Under the pieces are notes generated by a model. That model saw nothing but the letters and a program-made list of their open reading frames with translations. It was not told the DNA's origin and made no database searches. A stretch of DNA of 64,000 nt from Heterodontus francisci (lineage: Eukaryota). Location of the stretch: contig NC_090404.1 of the NCBI RefSeq assembly GCF_036365525.1, positions 4,526,001 to 4,590,000 on the forward strand, written 5' to 3'. The position numbers and the translations under genes are program-made. How positions within the stretch are numbered: the first letter of the stretch is position 1; every line of letters starts with the position of its first letter. Positions 23,421 through 37,097 of the stretch are shown in pieces.

Positions 23421-24994
23421 GGACTCATATCATTACACTGAGTTATTATTAAATGCGAACTTTTTATCTGTATCCAGGGATAGTCAATCGGCTGTGTGGT
23501 TTCAATGCAATGTGTTACTTGGTACTAAATGGAACTGTTGCAGTGAAGAATGTGTCAGTAATAAACAATTGCATTGTGGACTGTGAATTAAATTCCTTTA
23601 TTTCCTCAACTCATCACAGGGGATGTGAATCACTAAGATTAAATTACGTTACCAAGGTCAAAAGTTACTGATAGTATGTATCAATTCATCTCCCGTTATC
23701 TATCCCCTCGATCAATACCAGTGAAGTATCCCCAATAATTTGAATTGTTATCAAGTTATGCAATTAAATGCGGGACATGAGTAAAGTGATTCTATTTTCA
23801 ATTTGACTGGCTGTAGTTATACGATTTAGGATCAGAATGAATAGAAACGCCTCGTATTATACAAGTCTCTCTCTCTGTCTGCATTTCTCGAGCTGCTCCT
23901 CACCATGACTCGACGCCATTCCTTTAAAAATTACCAAATACAGAAGTCCGCTTGCCTTGTCACGTAAAATTCATATCAGCTTTTGAAAAAGAGAATCTAG
24001 TGAATCAGAATCAATACGGTGATCAGGAAATCTATCCCTGATACCCAGATTATTGCAGCTAACATTAATAACTGACTGGTATCAGGAACACAGTACATCA
24101 GGACTTAAAGCTTTGCTGCAAAATATCACAATTATTTGTTGTGGAAACGGATCACAAACTGGGCATTTCTCTAACCACTGATATCTCCACTGAGAGGGAT
24201 GGATATGCAATCCAAATTATCAGACATTAAACTGTCCGCAGCTGTTATCAGTAATGAAAGAGACTTTATCGTTTGAATGTGATACATAGCTCTGTGAGAA
24301 AATTCATGGAAATGCAGCGGGTTCAGAGCAATTCCACCTATTTCATTATTTACTTGACGATTCCCAATTTTCTATTTCCGATGTGGATGTGAGGGTCATT
24401 AAAATCTCTCTCTACAACTTCATGTAGTAGAAATAAATGGTTTTAATGATTCAGAATACTATTGAATTGTCACATGTCAATTTATTATTTTGCGCTCCCA
24501 GTTTATAATGATATGAGCAGTGAGTTTACCGAAAATCATCCTTTAGACGTGATACCGTGAAATGATTTATTTTTTGTAAGAGCGCTGCAGAATAGTTAAT
24601 ATTTAAATGGTTAAATGCCACCTTTGTCCATTCATATTCACACTAATCTGCCCCACACAGTATTTGGCACCAACCCAGCCGACTGTCATCAGGGAGACTC
24701 AAACAGCAATGTCATTTACAGGAAGCATCTGGGGTTCTGTGCAGTAAATCAAAGATCTGTTTCCTCATTACTGACCGCTTGGCTACAAACCAACTTCAAA
24801 CCCTTACCATTGTCAATGAGGCCTATTGATAAACAAATCTGCCCAGCAACAATACTGGAGTTAATTTTATTTTTTTCAGTTGCTTGCCGAGGTGAACTGT
24901 TCCCATCTCTCAGCAAAGGAAATATATCCACTGTCTCAGACACCCTTTTAGGACCAACAGTCTGAGGAACTGTGCAGCATATCATAACATTGTA

Positions 24995-24996
<2 letters not shown>

Positions 24997-25062
<66 letters not shown>
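24997..25062. repeat. (AGAT)n microsatellite
   Basis: About 16 perfect units. Confidence 0.95.
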
Positions 25063-25304
25063 TTAGTTAGTGTGGGCCTCAGAGAGAAAATACATTCTGT
25101 AATTGATAAATATGATTGTTTGCGTGGATGGAGACATAGCTGCAACGATGCAGGGATGACTAGCTAGTTGGATGGCTGAATGAAAGCAAAATACTGCTGA
25201 TGCTGAAAATCTGACATCAAAGTGAAAAGTGTTGGACATACTCAGCAGGTCCGGCAGCAACTGTGGAGAAAGAAACAGAGTTAACGTTTAACGTTTGTGC
25301 AGTA

Positions 25305-25600
25305 GGCGACACAGTGGCACAGTGGTTAGCACTGCAGCCTCACAATTCCAGTGACCTGGATTCGGGTACTGCCTGTGTGGAGTTCTCCTTGTGACCGCGT
25401 GGGCTTCTGCCGGGTACTCTGGTTGCTTCCCACAGCCAAAGGCTTGCAGGTCGATGGGTAAATTGGCTATTGTAAATTACTCCTAATGTGGGTATGTGGT
25501 AGGGAATATGGGATTAACATAGGATTAGTATAAATGGGTGGTTGTTGGTTGGCACAGACTCGGTGGGCCGAAGAGCCGGTTTCAGTGCTGTTTGCTTCTC
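25305..25600 (+). mobile_element. tRNA-derived SINE (HE1/V-SINE-like) nested in a Penelope-like fragment
   Basis: A-box TGGCACAGTGG, B-box-like GGATTCG, CR1-type tail GGGCCGAAG.GCC.GTTTCAGTGCTG; second copy at 29538. Confidence 0.8.
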
Positions 25601-26640
25601 CAAAAACTTTCATCAGAACTGGCAAAGGTTAGACATGTAATAGGCTGTGTGAAAGTGGTGGAGTTGGTGAGGAATAGAATAAAAGGGAAGGTTTGGCACA
25701 GAGCAGAAGAGATTTCCTGAATGTCTAAACGTTTTGTTTCACGTACTGATGAACAGATTGATGGATGTGTGGAATGAACTGATGGACAGATAGATAGATG
25801 GGCCTGAAAGATGCTGTTCTACAACCACATCTTTGTGATTGACGATTCTTAACAGGAAGCCGCCTCTTTATTTCATTTACATTACTTTGACACCTTCCAG
25901 TTCTACCTGATTTTCTGGATCATTTCAATCCCTTGGATATCCAGAAGTAACGAGATCAATTCACAAAGAGAAGCCTGGTGATATCCCTGCGGTATCTGGA
26001 CTAATGGGGCACATTTATCACAAAGATATAAAGGGAGAATATGACTGGGTTATGAAGGGACGATTGTAATATTTCTGAACATGTGGTCCTTTCATGTACA
26101 TCAAAGCACTCAACTCGAATTACTTCAAACACATCAGCAATATAGAAAATCATTGGATACATTTTTCACTTCCCTCTGTAAATACTTATTCCTCTGTTAT
26201 ACTGGTCCAGTCAAACCATTCTAAAGAACACAGATAAAAGGAGAATAAACTGTAACTTTCTTTACCGCCATATATTCATTGTAAGTCTTTGGCCACAGTG
26301 AAATATATCATGTGGGTATCGCACACTGTGGTCCCAAATTCAAATGTCCTTAACTCCTTCAGCCACATTCCCCAGAGCCTCTCCATTTAGTCCATTCATG
26401 CACTATTGTTCACGAGTTCAGTACATCAGTGAGATTTACTGAGGCTGATGGTTTAGGGTCCCTGTTATAAGAACATGAGAAATATGGGCACGAGTAGGCC
26501 CTTCAGCCGCTCAAGCCTGCTCCGCCATTTAAGAATATCATGGCTGATCTTGTTGTGGTCTTAACACCACTTTCTTGCTTGACCCGAAACCTTCCGCAAC
26601 CAATCCCTGATAACCCTTGATTCCCTTGTCGATCAAAAAT

Positions 26641-26885
26641 GGGTGACCATGATATCATTGTCGATTGTTGTGAAGACCCATCTGATGCACTATTGTCATT
26701 CAGGGAAGGAAATGTGCTGTCCTTATCTGTTCTGGACTACATGTGACTCCAGACCCACGCCGATGTGGTTGACTCTTAACTGTCCTCTGAAATGGACTAG
26801 CCCGCCACTCAGTTCAAGGGCAATTAGGGATGGGCAATAAATGCTGGCCTATCCAGCGACGCCCACATCGCAGGAACAAATTAAA
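26641..26885 (+). mobile_element. 5'-truncated SINE (family C) sharing the LINE family B 3' tail
   Basis: Homologous to 54446-54818; ends AAGGGCAATTAGGGATGGGCAATAAATGCTGGCC. Confidence 0.75.
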
Positions 26886-27281
26886 AATTGTTCGAATAAT
26901 ACAATTCCCAGAATGGCAGAGTTATTCTCGTGTTGGATTCAAGGTCACACCCACAGACATTGAATGTACTAACTATAACAAAAACAAAAAGTGCTGGAAA
27001 AGCTCAGCAGATCTGGCAGCATCTGTGGAGAGAGAAGCAAAGTTCACGTTTCAGGTCTGTGACCTTTCATCAAAACTGGCAAAGTTTAGAAAAGAATTTC
27101 CTCCTGTTCACTGTACTGACTACCTGCCGTTCTGAACCATATGGGGGAATGACCTGAGAGGTCCGGACTCTGCCTGATTTAACACTGTATCTATAATGGA
27201 AGTTTAACTGTTGAATGCCTGGAGTTCCATTTACTTATTCCTCCTTGATCTATATTTTAATGAGCAATGACCCTTGACCAT

Positions 27282-27772
27282 CAGCCGTGGCATGGTTGGT
27301 AGCACTCTCCCCACTGCGTTTGCAGGTCCCAGTTTCATGTTCTACTCCAGGACCTGAGCACAAAAATTACATTGGAACTACAGTGGACTGCTGCACTGTC
27401 AGAGGTATCGATTTTCGGATGGGAAAAGAACCCAAGGCGCTGTCTGCTCTCTCAGGTGTGAAGGATCCCATGGCACTATTTCGAACAAGTGCTGGTGAGT
27501 TCTACCAGGTGTTCTGATCAGTATTTATCCTTCAACCGACCTCACGAAACAGATTATCTGGTCATTGTCGTATTGCTGTTATTGGAGGGGCCGAGTGGCC
27601 TGCTGCTGCTCCCAATTCGCATGTTCGTCTGCTTGCTGTGTGCAAATTGGCTGCTGCATTTCCTACATTGCATCAGTGATGGTAGTTCACAAGTAGTTCA
27701 TTAGTTGCAACGTTTTTGAGACGTCCTGTGGTCGTGAAAGGCCCGAGAGAAATGCAACAATTTTTGGTCTTT
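27282..27772 (+). mobile_element. tRNA-derived SINE (SacSINE1/DeuSINE-like)
   Basis: tRNA-like head, GATCCCATGGCACTATTT and AACAGATTATCTGGTCATT core; homologous to 47262-47730. Confidence 0.7.
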
Positions 27773-28077
27773 TTTACGAACGATAGTTGTAAAAAGGAGT
27801 GATGGATTGAGCAAGTAAATCATACACTGCTCGAATGATAAAGCTGAGAAGGAGGCCATTCAGCCTTTCAGGACTGCACCAGCTCTTTGACAAACTATCC
27901 AATTACTCCACTCCCCCCCTGCTATTTCGCCAAAACCGTGCATTCTTTTTCCATTTGAAATATCTATGAAATTCCCTTTCAAAAGTTATTGTTCAATCTA
28001 CTTCCCCCTTTTCAGGAATTGCATTCCAGATCATAACAATTTCCTCTGTCATTTGTCTTCCTCCTCATATCGCCTAG

Positions 28078-29345
28078 ACTCATAGAATTAGAGAGTCATT
28101 TACGGCACAGACGGAAGCCATTCGGCCCATTGAGTACATGCTGGCTCTCCACAGAGCTTTTCAGTCAGTGCCCCACTGCCCCACTCGATCCTCGTAGCCC
28201 TGCAAGTCTATTTCCTTCAAATGACCATCCAGTTTCCTTTTGAAGTCATTTATTGTCTCTGCTTCCACCACCTTTGTGGACAGCAATTTCCAAGTCATTA
28301 CCACCCGCTGTGTTACAGCGTTCCTCTTCATATTCCCCTTGCATCTATTGTCCAAAGCCTTCATTCTGTGTCTCCTAGTCCTTGTACCATTAGTTAATGT
28401 GAACGACTTTTCCTCCTCTAATATAAAATAAAACAAGAAATGCTGGAAATACTCAGCAGTATTTACACTCAGAACGGTATGTTAATGCCTTTGTTCCATG
28501 ACCTTGTGGTCAGTTATTCTCTGTGATCCGATCTTATCAACACCTTCACCTTTGTTATCTCTTGCCCCACCCCCGCTTCACTTGCTTAAAAACTTTTACA
28601 TTTCTAATATTTGTTAGTTCTGATGAAGGGTCACTGACCGGAAACATTAACTCTGTTTATCTCTGCACAGATGCTGCCAGACCTGCTGAGAATATCCAGC
28701 ATTTCTTGTTTTTATTTCAGATTTCCAGCATCTGCAGTATTTTGCTTTTATTTTCCACCTCGAACTTGCCTAAATCTGTCATAATCTTGTACATGTTTAT
28801 TAATCTCCCCTCAACCTCTTTTGTTTGAAGAAGAATAAGCTCAGTTTTTCCAACTTAACCTTGTCACTAAAATCCTCCATCCCCAGAACTATTCTAATAA
28901 ATCTCTGTCAAGGACTCTCACATGCTTCCAAAAGTGTGGTGACCAGAACTGGACGCAATACTCCAGCATTGGCCTGACCTGAGCTTTATAAATGTTCAGC
29001 GTAACTTCCCTGCTTTTGTACTCAATACCTGTGTTTATGAAGCCCAAGATCCCATATGCTTGCCTAACCACTCTCTCAAGATGTTGTGCCACCTTCAAAG
29101 ATCAATGCACATGCATTCCAATGTCCCCCTGTTCCTGTACACTCTTTAGAACTATGCCATTAAGTAAATGCTGCCTCTCCCTTTTCCTTCTGCCAAAATG
29201 CATCACCTGCCACTTGTCTGTCCACTCTGCTGACCTATCTATGTCCTGTTGCAGTCGTTATATATCATCCTCACTACTTGCCATACCTCCACGTTTGGTG
29301 TCATCTGCAAATTTGGAGATTCTACTCCATGTTCCAAGATCCAAG
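28078..29345 (-). mobile_element. 5'-truncated CR1-type LINE with a nested Penelope-like fragment (28425-28755)
   Basis: RPMLEYCVQFWSPH and TRRHRMK RT-tail ORFs. Confidence 0.85.
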
Positions 29346-29449
29346 TCTACGTAGCTTTTGGTTATATTGCTATTTACCTTGAATTTTTGTCCTCTCGTTA
29401 TCAACCGTTCTACCATTGGAAATATTTTCAATTTACATATTCTATCAAA

Positions 29450-30090
29450 CGCACCAACGCTCCTCAGACAGCACCTTCCAAACCCACAACCTCTACCACC
29501 TCGAATGACAAGAGTACCAGATGCATGGGACCATCACAGGGCGGCACAGTGGCGCAGCAGTTAGCACTGCAGCTTCACAGCTCCAGCGACCCGGCTTCAA
29601 TTCTGGGTACTGCCAGTGTGGAGTTTGCAAGTTCTCCCACATCCAAAAGACTTGCAGGTAAATAGGTAAATTGGCCATTATAAATTGTCCCTAGTATAGG
29701 TAAGTGGTAGGGGAATATAGAGATAGGTGAGCATGTGGTAGGAATATGGGATTAGAGGAGGAATGGCATAAATGGGTGGTTAATGGTAGGCACAGACTTG
29801 GTGGGCCGAAAGGCCTGTTTCAGTGCTGGAAATCAAAATCAAATCACCACCTGCAAGTTCCCATCCAAATCACACACCATCCTGACTTGGAACTATATCG
29901 CTGTTCCTTCACTGTCGCTGGGTCAATATCCTGGAACTCCCTTCCTAACAGCACTGCGGGTGTAGCTACCTCACATGAACTGCAGTGGTTCAAGAAGGCA
30001 GCTCATCACCACCTTTTCAAGGGCAATTAGGGATGGGCAATAAATGCTGGCCTAGGCAGGGATGCCCACATCCCATGAATAAAAAAAAAT
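29450..30090 (+). mobile_element. LINE family B 3' end interrupted by a SINE
   Basis: LLRQHLPNPQPLPPR...WNSLPNS...FKKAAHHHLFKGN, then a poly(A) tail. Confidence 0.8.
29538..29842 (+). mobile_element. tRNA-derived SINE (HE1/V-SINE-like) with ATCAC target-site duplication
   Basis: ATCAC at 29533-29537 and 29843-29847; A/B boxes; CR1-type tail. Confidence 0.85.
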
Positions 30091-30829
30091 CAAAACATCT
30101 CTATGAAATCTCCTTTTAACCTTTTCTTCTCTCAGCAGAACAAACTTTGCTGCTTCAGTCTCTCCATCTAACAGAAATCTTTATCCTTGGTACCATTTTA
30201 GAACATTTCTCTGGACCATCTCCAAGGCCTTGAAGTCCTTCTGAAAAAGTGGTACCCAGAAATGAACACAATACTCCAGCTGCGGCCAACTGGTGTTTTG
30301 TAAAAGTTTAGCATAATCATAATTTTTCTGCTGGAGTCGTCTATGACTTGGTGCAATGAGAACTGAGGTAAGGGCTAATGTAATATAAACAGATGGATGG
30401 TGCGGTGTAGTAATAACTGAGACAGGATCTAGTGCAATATAAATTGACACATTATGCAATGCAAGAATAAAAGAGATATTGTGCAGCGTAATATAGATGG
30501 CTATGTGACATTGAGTAATATAAACAGCGGAATCATTTTGTGTAATAGGTTTAGAGCCATGCTTAAATATATTACATGATCTGCAATTACGTTTTGAATA
30601 AAAGGAAATAAAATGCTAAACTATAATTTGTGAAGGTAATTATCCATCTTTGTTGAATCCATTGAGAAGTATTAATAATGATGTGCTTTCTACACAAACG
30701 CACACATTTTACATATACACATATACAATTACACATACATGTACACTTACATGTGTGTTTGTGTGTGCTCGATTAGTTTTCGGTTGTTCCCATCTAGCAG
30801 CTGAGAGCTATGGAATTAGGTTAAAGTTA

Positions 30830-31260
30830 CACTAGACTCTGCCTCCTTTGTTACTGCACTAGACACTGCTGCAGTTTATATTACAGTAGACATTATCTCA
30901 GTTGGCATTGCATTAGACATCTCTTTGTTTATTTTGCACACGACTCATTCTAGTTTACTGCTGCACTTGACCATGCTTCAACTTATATTACACAAGGCCC
31001 TGCCTCAGTTGTTTCTGCAATGCACCATATCTCTGTTTATATTACACTGGACTCTGTCCCAGCATACTACATTAGACCATGTGCAGTTATTACTGCAGGA
31101 GACCATTTGTCTGTTTATAATACATAGGCTTTGCTCAGTTGTTACTACTAGATCATGTCCCACTTATATTACACGAAATCCTATCCCACCAATATTGTAC
31201 TAGACCATGTTGCTTTTTATATTATGCTAGGTCTTGTCCCAGTTATTACTGCAGCAGCCC
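30830..31260 (+). repeat. Degenerate 27-bp minisatellite array
   Basis: Units like CCCTGTCTCTGTTTATATTACACTAGA; an opposite-strand array lies at ~30345-30500. Confidence 0.75.
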
Positions 31261-31542
31261 ATAGGGTTGTGTTTTGTGGTCACGGTTCCAGACTCTGTCT
31301 GACACCGGCATTAGGTCAGACGAAACCTAAATAGAAAATCCTGCAGGGAAAACAATTCTTAACAATAGAAAGGAATTGTGAAAATTATCACAGTACAACA
31401 CAAGTGATGGATTCGTAAACTTCAACACAACAGAATTTGTCAGTAAGCAGTATAAATTGCTTAATTTTAGTCCTATCCCTCAACCCAGTTCATCTCTGGG
31501 AGATTGTCACAAGATTCGCCCCATCCTTTCAACAAAAATATT

Positions 31543-32814
31543 GGTCATGTCTTACCAACTTAATAGAATTCTTTGAGGAAGTGACAAAGTTGATTGATGA
31601 GGGAAGTGCTGTAGATGTCATATACATGGACTTCAGTAAGGCGTTTGATAAGGTTCCCCATGGTAGGCTGATGGAGAAAGTGAAGTCGCATGGGGTCCGG
31701 GGTGTACTAGCTAGATGGATAAAGAACTGGCTGGGCAACAGGAGACAGAGAGTCGGAGTGGAAGGGAGTTTCTCAAAATGGATACGTGTGACCAGTGGTG
31801 TTCCACAGGGATCCGTGCTGGGACCACTGTTGTTTGTGATATACATAAATGATTTGGAGGAACGTATAGGTGGTCTGATTAGCAAGTTTGCAGACGACAC
31901 TATGATTGGTGGAGTTGCAGATAGTGAAGGGGACAGTCAGATAATACAGCACAATATAGATAGATTGGAGACTTGGGCAGATAAATGGCAGATGGAGTTC
32001 AATCAAGGCAAATGTGAGGTGATGCATTTTGGAAGATCCAATTCAATAGTGAACAATACAGTAAATGGAAAAGTCCTGGGGAAAATTGATGTCCAGAGAG
32101 ATTTGGGTGTTCAGATCCATTGTTCCCTGAAGGTGGCAACGCAGGTCAATAGAGTGGTCAAGAAGCATCCGGCATGCTTTCCTTCATCGGACGGGGTATT
32201 GAGTACAAGGGTTGGCAGGTCATGTTACAGTTGTATAAGACTTTGGTTCAGCAACATTTGGAATACTGCGTGCAGTTCAGGTCGCCACATTACCAAAAGG
32301 ATGTGGATGCTTTGGAGAGGGTGCAGAGGAGGTTCACCAGGATGTTGCCTGGTATGGAGGGCACTAGCTATGAAGAGAGGTTGAGTAGATCAGGATTATT
32401 TTTATTAGAAAGACGGAGGTTGAGGGCGGACCTGATTGAGGTGTACAAAATCAAGAGAGGTTTCGACAGGGTGGATAGCAAGAAGCTTTTTCTCAGAGTG
32501 GGGGATTCAATTACTAGGGGTCACGAGTTCAAAGTGAGAGGGGAAAAGTTTAGGGGGGATATGCGTGGAAAGTTCTTTCCGCAGAGGGTGGTGGGTGCCT
32601 GGAACACGTTGCCAGTGGAAGTGGTAGACGCGGGCATGATCGCGTCTTTTAAGATGTATCTAGACAGATACATGAATGGGCAGGAAGCAAAGAGATACAG
32701 ACCCTTAGAAAATAGGCGGCATGTTTAGACAGAGGAACTGGATCGGCGCAGGCTTGGAGGGCCGAAGGGCCTGTTCCTGTGCTGTAATTTTCTTTGTTCT
32801 TTCTTTGTTCTTTG
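31543..32814 (+). mobile_element. 5'-truncated CR1-type LINE with (TTCTTTG)n tail and TATT target-site duplication
   Basis: RT ORFs 31437-32384 and 32174-32728 (one frameshift); TATT at 31539-31542 and 32815-32818; the flanks rejoin to AAAATATTACCCACATAATACC, seen intact near 48135. Confidence 0.92.
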
Positions 32815-33119
32815 TATTACCCACATAATACCAGAGCAATTAGAAATTGCACACCACTGCTTATCGCTATGAACAAGATTAAACGTATTCTTACAACCAA
32901 AAATGATTGCACCACACACAGACATATATTTTCATTTATATTCCTATCCATCTATCTATATAAAAGTTAAATGGTCTGGTGCCGTAAAATAACTGAGACA
33001 CGGCCTCGTATAAACAAACGACAAAGACATGGTTTAATGTAATTAAACAGAGTTATGGTTTAATGCGATATTCAATTCAATTCAATACCATTTTATTGAT
33101 GATAAGTTGAATAGGAGAG

Positions 33120-33620
33120 AACAGAGTGGAGATGTGGTGGCCAAGTGACATACACCAATATACTACTCAGAAAATTAAAATCCTTTTGAGTAGAACCCGT
33201 AATCATGAAACTCTTCTATACAGTTGTTGTTTTGGGTGCTGTCCTTTTTGGATCTCTTTCCTGGTACTGTTGTCTTCGGAATGTAGATACTTTCAGGGTA
33301 CAGAGATTTCTGAACCAAGCAGGAATGGTAGTGATGAGCAGATATTTCTTGGCAACATCTGCTCTCAAAGAATTTGTACAAAAGAACATTATGAACAGTA
33401 AGAATCGCCCCTTGTCTCAATTTTACTTTTCAAAGCGTTCAGGGAAAAGGCTACAATCCCTTAAACGTAGGACAAATCGGTTCTTGAACTCGTTCGTGCC
33501 TTTCTCTGAAATAACTTTTAACGGGAGCTTGATAAATGGATGACCATATCCATTCATTAAGGGACTCATTGATTATTTTCATGTCTTGAAATTAGTTTTA
33601 AACATCTATTTTAATCAACT
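33120..33620 (+). mobile_element. Rex1/Babar-type LINE relic (RT C-terminal region)
   Basis: ORF 33205-33543: MKLFY...SWY...RPLSQFY..KRSGKRL...RRTNRFLNSFVP resembles the Rex/Babar ORF2 tail. Confidence 0.7.
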
Positions 33621-34159
33621 TAGACTTTGTGTGATAGGGTAATTTTCTTTCTTTTTATTGCTATTGTCCATATGCAATTTTAAAGTGTGCAATGTTATTC
33701 CGATCGAGCAGCTGAGAGTTATGGCATTAGCTGGATTTTAGCATCCTGCACCAGCCCATCTGGCGGTGCTGTGTGGTCACGGTTCCAGACCCTGTCTGAC
33801 ACAGTCAGTTGGTCAGATGAAAGCTAAACAGAATATCCTGCAGGGAAAACATCCCTCAGCAATAAAAGGAATCTGTGAGCAATTTTCACAGTACAACACA
33901 ACAGTGAATTCGTAAACTTTAACACAAAGTTTATCACTAAGTAGAGTAAAGTTCATTACACCTTTAGTCTGGTCCCTCAATCCCAGTTGATCGCTGGGAG
34001 ATGGTTACATTACGCAAGTTGACGCTGACCATTGTTTGTAAAATTTAGCAACATCATTATTTTTCTACTCGTCATCTACGGCCTCGTGAAATGAGAACTG
34101 AAACAAGGCCTATTTTAATGTAAACAGATACATGGTCCGGTAGTACACATTACATGACA

Positions 34160-34635
34160 CTCGGCCCTGTTTACATTACATTTGGCCCTATTTCTGTTGA
34201 TGTTACTGTGGTCTTGTCTCAGTTTTAAATGCAGAAACGTTTGACTCTTAGTATAGCAAACAAGATTCTGTCTCAGTCATTACTGCACTAGGCCAACTCC
34301 CTCTCTCTCTCCCTCTCTGTTTATAATGCACCACCTCCTCTCCCAGTTACTAAACCATGTCTCTATTTCCATTGCTCCAGACCCTGCCTCTGTTATTACT
34401 CAACTAAATTAATTCTGCTGATATTTCACTGTCCCAGTTTATGTTACTAGAGATGCTGCCTCCTTTATTGTTGCACTAGACTACGCTTCTACTCACATTT
34501 CACAAGGCCCTGTCTCACATATTACTACACTGGGCCATATCTCTGTTTCTATTAAGCAAAGCCCTGTCTCAGCTTACAACATAAGACCATGTGCTGTTAT
34601 TAGTGTAGGAGACCATTTCTCTGTTTATAATACAT
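34160..34635 (+). repeat. Degenerate 27-bp minisatellite array
   Basis: Same unit as 36610-37097. Confidence 0.7.
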
Positions 34636-35032
34636 ATTGAATTAAGTAAATGCTTTAAAAATTGGTGACGATAATTACTTATATTTATGGAGTTGAAAAC
34701 AATATGGTGTGCTTTGCACAGATACAAATGGGGTTACTTTGGTGAGAGAGTGAAACCAGGGGCTAAATGGGGACTGTGCTAATGAAAAGCCCTTGTTTGA
34801 ATGTCTGCATTTAGCATCCAATTTCCATCTAATTGCTGATTGCCATAAAATTGAACTTGTCTGGAAATGCTAAACCAGAGACCAGCAGCTTCAGCACTCA
34901 GATGCTGATTAACCACAATATTCTTGAATCAATATATGTGGGCTCCATGCACACACTTCTACTATAAGTGTGAGGTTGGCGTCCTGACACACGGTAACAA
35001 GTTTCAGGGTGGCTCAGGAACCAACTGAGTGG

Positions 35033-35108
35033 CTGCACAGATTCTCAGAAATCCTTGTAGGTCCTGGTGGAGGAGATCCAGGAGAGGAGGGATGTCCTGT
35101 ACCCGCAA
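35033..35108 (+). pseudogene. Relic of a PIF/Harbinger-type Myb/SANT-like gene N-terminus
   Basis: LHRFSE, a frameshift, then SL*VLVEEIQERRDVLYPQ. Confidence 0.5.
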
Positions 35109-35509
35109 TGTACCCTTCTGTCTCACTATCCTGCAGCAGCTGGTGCAACTCTGCCTGGCCTCATTTCCTCCTCCCATTCGTACACCAGGATGCCGATGAC
35201 CTCGCTGTGAAGGCCATTCCTTGAGAGGCAGGTTCTGCCACAAGTGGCGGAACCCCTTCAACCAAGATCAACAAATTAAACGAACAAACGTTCAGCCATC
35301 TTGCTCTGTTACAAATTTCTCTGTGCAGAAATCGGCCACATTCATCTGGAATTAGTTGCACTTCAAATTTTGGGACCTCCTAGAGAAGGTGATGGGCTGG
35401 TACATCAACGCAAGTTGTTTCTTGGTGTATTAATATCAGAAGCAGTAACTGACATCGACATTTTCACAAGAGGAGCAATGGCCAAACACAACCACAAGGT
35501 GTCAGTGAA

Positions 35510-37097
35510 AGCCCGATTGTTTACATTACTTGAAACAGGTGCTGCCTTCATTATTACTGCTCCAGATCCTGTTTCTGTTTATATTACACTCGATGCTGTC
35601 TCTGTTTATATTAAGCTGGAACTTGCTTATGTCTATATTATACTAGATGTTGTCACTGTTTATATTATGTTAGGTCATTTTCCAATTCGTATTCCAACAA
35701 CCATTGTCTCTGAACATATAAAAACAGTCCATTGTTCAGCTATCCCGACATTGGCCCAATCTCAGGTGTTAATACTCTGGACCATGTTCCAGCTTGCACC
35801 ACACAATACCCTGTCTAGGTCATTCCTGCACGAGATCACATTTCTGTTTCTATCACACAAAGCCCTGTCTCTGTTATTACTGTGATGAACCATCTCTCTG
35901 TTACTACTACACGGAATTCTGTCTCACCTAGTGCTGCACTTGTCCATGTCTCAGATCATTGAAATCGAGGTTCTGTATCAATAATTACTGCACTGGACCT
36001 TGTCTCGGTTTTTCTTCTAATGGACCCTGTCTCACGTTCTATCATGTCCCTGTTCTCATTACACAAGACTCTGTCCCAATTATTATTGCACTCGACAGAT
36101 TTCAGATTACACTTGATCATGTATCTGTTTAACTTACACCAGAACATGTCTGTTAATACTACACGAGACACAATCTCAGTTTTTACTGAGCTAGATCCAG
36201 TGTTGGTTCATATTACCGTATATCTTGTATCAATAATTGGTGCACTGGAGCCTGTCTCAGTATTCCTGCACCAGGCCCTGTCCCTGTTTATATTACCACA
36301 GTGCCTGTCTCTGATCATGTTGCACCAGTCCCTCTCTCAGTTATTACTGTTCTGGACCCTATCTCAGCTGCTACTACACAGGACTATGCCTCTGTTTATA
36401 TTAAGTTCGGCAAAGTCTCTGTTATTGCTGCACCAAACCCTGTGTCTGTTTATAGTACACTAAACCCAGTCTCAATTAGTGCTGGACCATTCAATGTCTC
36501 CGTTCATATTACACTGGAACATGTCCCTGTTAATACTCCACTTGAACATGTCCCTGTTCGTATTAAAATAAGTCTTGTCTTTTCATTACTAATGTGTTTA
36601 TATTGCAATTAGAACACTCTCTGTTTATATTACACAGGACCCTGTCTCTTTTTATATGACACTTGACCCTGTCTCTTTTTATATTACACTGGACCCTGTC
36701 TCTGTTTATATTCCATTTGACCCTTTCTCTGTTTATATTACACTGGACCATGACTCAGTTACGACTGCACTTCGTTGCATCTCTGTTTATATTACATTCG
36801 ACCCTATCTCTGTTCTTACAACACCAGGCCTTGGCCCTGTTTATATTACACTCGACCTTATCTCTGTTCTTTCTGCACTAGGCCCTGTCTCGATTTATAT
36901 TACACTCGACCTTATCTCTGTTCTTTCTGCACCAAGCCCTGTCACTGTTTATATTACTCTCGGCCCTGTCTCTGTTTGCATTACACTCGGCCGTGCCTCT
37001 GTTTATATTAAACTAGGCCCTGTCTCTGTTTATATTACTTTGGACGCTGACTCTGTTTATATTACTGTTAACACTGTCTCTGTTTATATTTCACGAG
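35510..37097 (+). repeat. 27-bp minisatellite array (most homogeneous at 36610-37097); continues at 39706-40055 after a CR1 insertion
   Basis: Unit CCCTGTCTCTGTTTATATTACACTGGA; gives the 9-aa periodic ORF (DPVSVYITL)n. Confidence 0.9.

Noticed and set aside
31437-32384. 315-aa ORF with a signal-peptide-like N-terminus fused to RT
   Set aside because: Chance fusion of flanking module sequence with the CR1 insertion that begins at 31543.
33955-33990. J-like reading W-D-*-G-T-R-L-K-V in the repeated module (also near 53610-53645)
   Set aside because: In-frame stop in both copies and no upstream heptamer; better read as an exon end with a donor, or as chance.
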